From NCBI RefSeq assembly GCF_009914755.1, contig NC_060936.1: a DNA stretch of 64,000 nucleotides, one strand, 5' to 3'. The translations under genes and the position numbers were made by a program. Positions 56,505 through 64,000 of this stretch are shown here, in pieces. Source of the DNA: the human T2T-CHM13v2.0 reference genome, Homo sapiens. How positions within the stretch are numbered: the first letter of the stretch is position 1; every line of letters begins with the position of its first letter. The notes under the pieces were generated by a model. That model did no database searches, had not been told where the DNA came from, and saw only the letters and a program-made list of their open reading frames with translations.

Positions 56505-56800
56505 TTCTTTTCCTTTTTTCTTTTTAGACAGGGTCTTGCTGTGCCACCTAGGCTAGAGTGCAGTGGGGCGATCACTGCTCACCAGTGTAGTCTCGATCTC
56601 CCTGGGTGAAGAGAACCTCCCACCTCAGTCTCCCAGGTAACTGGCATGCACCACCACATCTGGCTAATTTTGTAATTTTGTGTAGAGACAAGGTCTTGCC
56701 ATGTTGCCTGAGCTGGTCTTGAACTCCTGTTCTCAAGCAATACTCCCATGGCAGCCTCCTAAAATGCTGAGGTTACAGGCGTGAGCTAACACAACCAACC
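56505..56800 (-). mobile_element. AluJ
   Basis: Diverged dimer. Confidence 0.9.
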
Positions 56801-56809
56801 AAAATAAAC

Positions 56810-59620
56810 TTTTTATTACAATATGGCATACACAAAGAATAGTACACAATTCAAAAATGAACAACTAGGTGAGTTTTCAGAAAGTGAACATACCTATATA
56901 ATCACAACTTAGAATAAGAAATAGCAGAGCTCTGGTATCCCCATAAGTGTGTGTGTCCTCCCTGAAGTTAACCACCATCCTAACTTCTACCCTCATAGAT
57001 AGATTTGGAATGGTTTTGAGATCTGTCATAAATGATATCATACACATTTTTCCTGCTTAGCTTCTTTGACTCAACATTATGTTTGTGAGAATCATGCATT
57101 TTATTGCATGGCAGAGTGGTGCATAGTATGCCAATAATTACCACATGTATTTATGCATTCTACTGTTAAGGGATATTTGGGTTGTTTCCAGTTTTGTGCT
57201 ATTACAAACAGTGCTGCTAGGACCATTCTTGTACAAGTCTTTTGAGTCACGTAGCATGCATTTTTTTGGGTATAAAACTAGGAGTGGGACTGCTGGGCCA
57301 TCTGATATGCATACGTTCTGTTGCAGATACTACCGAACAGTTTTCTAAAAGTAGTAGTATCAAATTATACTTCTATGAGCAGTATATGAAAGTTCCAATT
57401 GCTTTAAATCTGGGCCAACTTTTCATACTGTCAGTCCTTTTAATTGTAGTTTTCCTTACCATGTCAACTTCACATGGTATTTTACAACATATTCTATGTA
57501 AGTTAACACAGTTAACAGCCCTATACTTCCCTGCACTTGTCTTTCCCCCACAAACATAAAGCTAGTCAGGTATGTAACTATCTTTATACTGTAAAAACTT
57601 ATATTAATAACATTTACGTTCCCTTCCTAGTTATAATTTTTATGCTTTCTCTGTACAGATAGAATATAAAATTTTAAATATGAATAACAATTATAAAATG
57701 ATGATTATGTAAATATTTTTCACTGGAGAATCAAATACTATGATGGAATCCCTAAAGCAGGAGATGCATTCTATGTTCCTAAATCTGTGCTACTCAATGG
57801 AGAATCTTCCAAGTATAAAGGTCAAGTTCATCTGCCAAAAATTTTTTAAAAACATGACACATTTTACATTGCTTCATATTTGGATTTTTACCTCTTGTCC
57901 AGCTTTTGTCCCCCTTAGGATTTCTATTTGCCTTTCTTGTTCTTGTTGACAAAAGAAAAATTATATCTTTACTTTATCATTAATTTAATACATTATTAAA
58001 ATTCTATCATATTATAATTAATTTGTCATTATTAAGAAATCCATATTCTTCATCAGGCCTTCTGCCTTGACTCTGATGACTGGTTCTCATTTGGATTGAC
58101 TGTACTCTACTATATAACTGCTATTCTGGGATATCATTCTGCTGCACTCTTAAATTAGATCCACAGCTTCTCGACTTTCACACTTTCCTCTTTCCTAGAT
58201 TACTTCTATATACATTTTTGCTTAAGTATAATCTCCAGTCATTTTTTTTCTAAGAGCATGTGTTGGATTTAAATTTTCTGAATCATTGCATACCTAAAAA
58301 TGTATTTATTTTATGCTCACCCTTGATAGACATTTTTAGGTTTGAAGCATTTCTTCTCAAACATTGAAACCTTTTTTTTTTTTGATTTGGTATTGATAAA
58401 AATCTGACACGAAGTTGATTCTAATTCCTTTATAGGAAACCTATTTTTATTTCTCTTGAGAAGTTCTTAGGATCTTCTCATTTTCCACGATGTCCTGGAA
58501 GAGGATTTGTTTATGTCTTTGTTTAGTAATTTTGCTTAGAGCTCAAAGGGCCCTTTCAATCTGAAAACATGTTTGAATTTGGAGAATTTACACCAATCAT
58601 TTCCATTATAATTTCTTTCCCCTTTTCTCGTCTGCTCTCCAAATGCTTTTTAGGTTGATGTTGTACCTATTCAATTGATCTTCTATGTATCTACATTTTT
58701 CAAGTATTTGCCTTAACTTTGTCAACTGTTTCTTTTAGTGAATATTAATTTTAGCAGTCATAGTTTTATATTCTGTGAATTCTGTATATTTCTCTTTTGC
58801 TCCCTTGTCATTATAGCTGGTCATGCTTTGTGGATGTGATACCTTCTTGAATGCAATATTCACTTGAATGCTTCTGAGGCTACTCATTAGAATTTTTAAA
58901 AATCTCTCTTTTGTTCCTGAATCACCTCTTCTTTCTTCAGGTCAGTTGTTAGTCCAAAAGATGTCAATGATCCCTAGTTATCAGTTTACATTTATTAATA
59001 AAGAACTAGGTTGCCTAATACAAGTAGCTGGTGTGAGTTATAGCACTATGTTTTCTTAACCACTTTTTCCCCAGGATAACAGGGCATGATCACTGGCAGA
59101 CTTCACCCAAGGCCTCGGGTGGGAGACAGGCAGCAGGGTGAGCAGGCAGTACACTTGCCTATTCCTCAACTCCACACCAAAATGGGGAGGGCTTTCTTGG
59201 GGGGTCATCACTACAGATCCATGAATTTCTTAAGAGACTGGCTTTCTAATTTTAGATTAGGGAACAATAGGGAAGGTGATGAAGGTGAAGGAGGTGTTTA
59301 ACTTTCTCAGCTGTTCCATCCTTCAAAAAATCATCTTGTTCTCTGCCTCCTTCCTCTGCCTGATTTCCAAAAACCACACAAGTTTGAAGCCTGTCTGTGG
59401 TTCCATGGCCAGGAAGGGTGGCTCCTCCCTCTACTTTTCTTGTATTTGCTCTGGATTGTAATGTCTGCTTGGTTTATCCACTTTCCATCTTCCACAAATT
59501 TCTGAAAATCTCTTGTTTCTTGATATCCTTTTCTCCTATTTTTAGAACTGCCCTTTTTACTTATGCTGATATTTGGGATGTAGCTGAGGCAAAAGTTTGT
59601 GGTCAGTGTGCCTTGAGTCA
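56810..59620 (-). mobile_element. Old L1M antisense fragments
   Basis: atttgggttgtttccagtttt, ctcaacattatgtttgtgaga; T-rich strand bias. Confidence 0.65.
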
Positions 59621-60128
59621 CTAATCCTGATATAGATTTTAACATTTGGAAGGCATACATTTAAAATAAACAAGTAGCATCTATACAAAATATCACAAGG
59701 AATTAATCACTCTTGGAAACTATCTTTACTCTGATACTTTCTGAGTCTTCATAGCCTGTAAACCAAATTTATCAACAAACCATTTAGAAAAACAAAGGCA
59801 ATAAACGAAATTCATTTTTGATCTGTATGAGGTCACCTAGCTTTATAGATTAGAAAAGACTCAATTCAATCAGAAACTCTGTGGGGTCCTAGATATTCCC
59901 CAGATTGAATTCAATTGGGAATTTTGTCATGCAGAATTAACAATAGTTTGTCCTTCAGCCTCCAGCTGCCTGGTGCTGTTTCTGGTCCCCTGCCAGTATT
60001 TTCCTCCAGACAGCCTTGAGCAGGCTTTGGGAGGAGGAGGGGAAGGAGGAAGGTATGGAACACCCCTCTAGTTAAATAGGAAATTGGGAAATCAGCAGAT
60101 GTTAGAGGATACTAAAGATCCTCAGAAA

Positions 60129-60465
60129 AGGCCGAGTGCAGGAATAGCTCACACCTGTAATCTCAGCACCTTGGGAGGCCAAGATGAGAGGATAGCCTGA
60201 GCCCAGGAGTTGAAGATCAGCCTGGGCAAACATAGGGACATAGGGAGACCTCATCACTATCAAAAAGAAAAAAAATAATAATAATACCAGCATGGTGGGG
60301 TCCTAGCTACTTGGGGGTTGGGGGAGTGGCAGGGAGGCTGCCGAGACAGGAGGATTGCTCGGGCCTGGGAGGATGAGGCTGCAGTAAGCCAAGATTGCAC
60401 CACTGCACTCCAGCTGGGCAACAGAGAGACCCTGTCTCAAAAGAAACAAATAAGCAAAAAATAAA
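60129..60465 (+). mobile_element. AluJ
   Basis: Dimer with small insertions. Confidence 0.9.
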
Positions 60466-60622
60466 AAGATCTTCAGAATATTCCTGGAGCTTTCTTTCCC
60501 CATGTGATGTGAAAAATCAAGAACTCTGATGAAAAGAAAAGGCATTATCTGAAACACTCCAAGCCCAAAACAAATGTGTGGGATTGGTTAAGCCCGGAGA
60601 TCTTTAAAAATTAACATCATTT

Positions 60623-60932
<310 letters not shown>

Positions 60933-61130
60933 TTATTGGGCATTTTCTTTGTACCAAATACTTTGTACTTGCCAGTGACATAATGGTAAGTAAAGCATGG
61001 ATACTAATTTTCAAGGAATTCATAGTCTGATGGTTGTATACAGATAAACAAAGAATTATCATCAAATGTAGAAAGCATAATGAAAGCCATCTATACAGGT
61101 TTATGAATACACAGAGCAGGAGTACCTATT

Positions 61131-61495
61131 CAGTGGTGTGCTGGTAAATGTTTAACAAGTGGCTTTGTCGGGGCATGCCTTGATTTATAGCATCCATCAA
61201 TGTCTCTGGTGTAAATACTCCCACTATGGCCAATTTCAGTCTACCAACTTGATGTCATTGAATGTGGAGTTGCTAAGAGATGTGTGGCACACCATTATAG
61301 AGTAGCTCTCCCACATAGATAGAGTAGACTTCAAGAGCACAGAACATAAAATGTAGTAATGATTAGAAAATGATGAATTGTTAGTATTCATTACCTCCGT
61401 TTTTAATATCATTTAATTGCAAATTTATATAATTTTAAATGATTGTGTTTACAAGCTAGTTCAAAAAATTCTTTAACATTTAACAATTGGCTCCA
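61131..61495 (+). mobile_element. MER63-type (hAT-Blackjack)
   Basis: cagtggtgtgctggtaaatgtttaacaa. Confidence 0.8.
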
Positions 61496-62483
61496 TAGAA
61501 GATGACTTTAACCAATGAAGTCTACTCTTCATTGTGGGCTAGGGCAACAGACTTTCTGCACCATACAAATGAGGGTGAACTCCTTTGCATGAGTAGCTAT
61601 GTCCATTAGCATTGAAAGAAGACAAGTAACAGAAGAGAAGAGGGAGCAATGAGAAGAGCTGAGATGCTCAGAACATTGCACCGCATACAACCAAAGCAGA
61701 AAACTTTATAACCCTGCCTTTCAACTATTTTCTCCATATAATAACCTTCCGCATAAGGGGAGAAGAAAGGGAGAGATCAGTTAGCCCTTAGGTCCCTAAA
61801 TAGTAAGGACAAAAAATCACATGAAAATTACAATATTCATTTCCATCCCCATGGAACATTCCTTCCAGTCTATGCTGATGTGGACTGCCAAGGAGGGCAG
61901 ACTTGAAGACTTAACAAAATGATCCACTGGAAATCCTACGTTAGCAGTGGCGCTCATAACTTCATACAGGACTGCAGGCTCAGATTTGCAGGGGTGTTCA
62001 CACAGTTCTGTGGAATGAGAGCAACTCAGGAGTGGACTCAGCAAATGGTTGAGTCAACTGTCATTTTTAAACTATGTCTTCAAAACTCTCACCAAAATGT
62101 ATACACACAAATGCGTTATAACCTGTATCAGGCCTCTTTTGATTGCAAATAACAGAAAGACCTGGCTCTAATGGGCTTAGGTGTTAAAGACATTTAATGG
62201 CTAACTTAACTGAAGAAGTCTAAGGGAGAGCTCAGAGCTCCCTTAAGGTAGTTCTTGAGCAGGGGCTGAAGTGATGACAGTCAGATATGGTGTCTCTTTC
62301 TTTTGGATCCACTGCCATTTTCAGACAGGCTCTGCCCTCAAAGTCACAGGAAGGCTATAGCAGTTTCATAGCCCTTATATCTGCTCAGCTTCTCCCTTCT
62401 AGCAGCTGAGTAAAATTCCTGGGCTTGTCTCTGGCTGAAACATATCTAGTAGCATCTCTATGAAGCTGCCAGTACGTTAGGTC

Positions 62484-62660
62484 CATGGCTCCCAAACTCA
62501 GCTAACACAGTAAAGTCACCTGGGGAATGTGTTAAAATGCCAAAGAACAGGCCACACTTCCAGGCAATTAAATCACAATCTCTGGGGTTGGATCCAGGCA
62601 ACATTATTTTCTTAAGGTTACAAGGTAATTCCAATGGAGAGAAAAATTTAGAAACCCCTG
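62484..62660. mobile_element. MER5-type (hAT-Charlie)
   Basis: tcacctgggga...aatctctgggg..gg..ccagg...tttagaaacccctg. Confidence 0.75.
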
Positions 62661-64000
62661 AATTGGGTGCTCATAAAAATAGGAGATTTTAGACTCATCT
62701 TCTGATTTACTAAGAAAGTCAAGTTTGATTAATTTCCTTAATGTCCACCTCAAAGTCTTTCTTCCTATGCTTTCCTGTCTCTGTGACAAGAGTGTCCCTC
62801 TTGCTCACTCTAGCTGGCTGCCATCTGTCTCGTGGTCTCACACTCACACTGTCTTGCCTGGTTCTAGAGTTCATCCCTCTTCTAGTTTGCATCTTGAAAT
62901 TTTACCTCCCTACTGGTTCTATCCTTTTAAAAAATGCTCAGATTTCTCCCATCCTATAATAGCCTTCCTTATCCCCCATGACCCCGCCCTCCACCCCCAC
63001 AGGCTGCTGCCCATCTACAGCCTAACTTTCACCTTCAGACTTCTTAAAAGAGTGGTCTGCCCTTGTTGCCTTTAATGCAGAGAATCCTTATAATCTGGTT
63101 TGGACATCAATACCCTGTGAAAACTGTTCTCTCAAAGGTCAGCAATGACCCACTTACAAAACAGAAGGGCTGCTTCTCGCCTCTCCTTCTCTCATCTTTG
63201 CTTTGGTTTTTAGATATTACGGTATCCAAACGCTATTTCTCCCACTGTTTTTCTCTCTGCCACCTCTATTAGCTTAAGAAAGCCTTGGGGAAAATGTGTG
63301 GGACGTGTATCCTAAACACATTTCTCAGACAATATGTATCAGAAGACTTGAAAGTGAAGATACATGAAGGCAACAATTTAAAGCACAAAATAAATTCTTT
63401 AAAGACAATTCAGTATCATGTATTAGACTGAAAACTGGGAAACAAACTAAAGATATATTATCCACATAAGGAAATACTACAGAGACAGTAACAGTTTCCT
63501 ATGACAAGTGTGTGCTAATGTGCACAAATGGGCAGAATATTAGGAAGAAGATGTAAGACAAAACATGTATTATACATATAATTTCAACTTATTAAAAAGC
63601 ATAATAATTTGTAAATCAATTTGTTTTCCTCCATTGGTTTCCATTATTATGATGACAACATATCTTTAGTGATATTTAGTTTTACCTTTTCTCCTAATTC
63701 ATCTGTTTTGAAAATGAATAGAAATTTCCTTAGTACAAATGTAACTTATTGTATTCTTCATATATTCAGCTATTTAATAATGTAGTTGGAATTATTAGTA
63801 AGAAGCTCTTTCTCACTTTCTAATACTCCGAGCTTTGCCTGAATTTAGGTAGTCATCATTGACTGAGACATCCAAGACCACTGCTTTTATTGCTTTTTGT
63901 AATGGCAAGGTCAAAGTTTCCTTGGTTTGAAGGGTGCAGTAACATCCTTTAAGGAGCTACATGTAATAAATATCTGGGTGCATTTTTTTTTTGGATATAT

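Overview
AT-rich, repeat-dense primate (human or ape) genomic DNA with Alu J/S/Y, L1M, L2, MIR, MaLR LTRs and hAT/Tigger/mariner elements. No complete intact gene was found, and most ORFs in the supplied track are Alu, L1 or microsatellite artefacts. Three minus-strand gene-derived signals stand out. (1) An intact first coding exon (37300-37596) with good splice sites encodes a protein clearly similar to the N-terminus of LAS2/C18orf54; candidate downstream exons are decayed. (2) and (3) Two tandem, heavily degraded, apparently single-exon Toll-like receptor fossils of the TLR1/TLR2 family (about 50960-54233 and 41780-45240). Each keeps LRR, LRR-CT and TIR motifs in the correct order and is interrupted by ancient L2/MIR/MER insertions, suggesting a TLR cluster lost early in mammalian evolution. 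All homology calls are by-eye comparisons with remembered family sequences and need frameshift-aware alignment to confirm.
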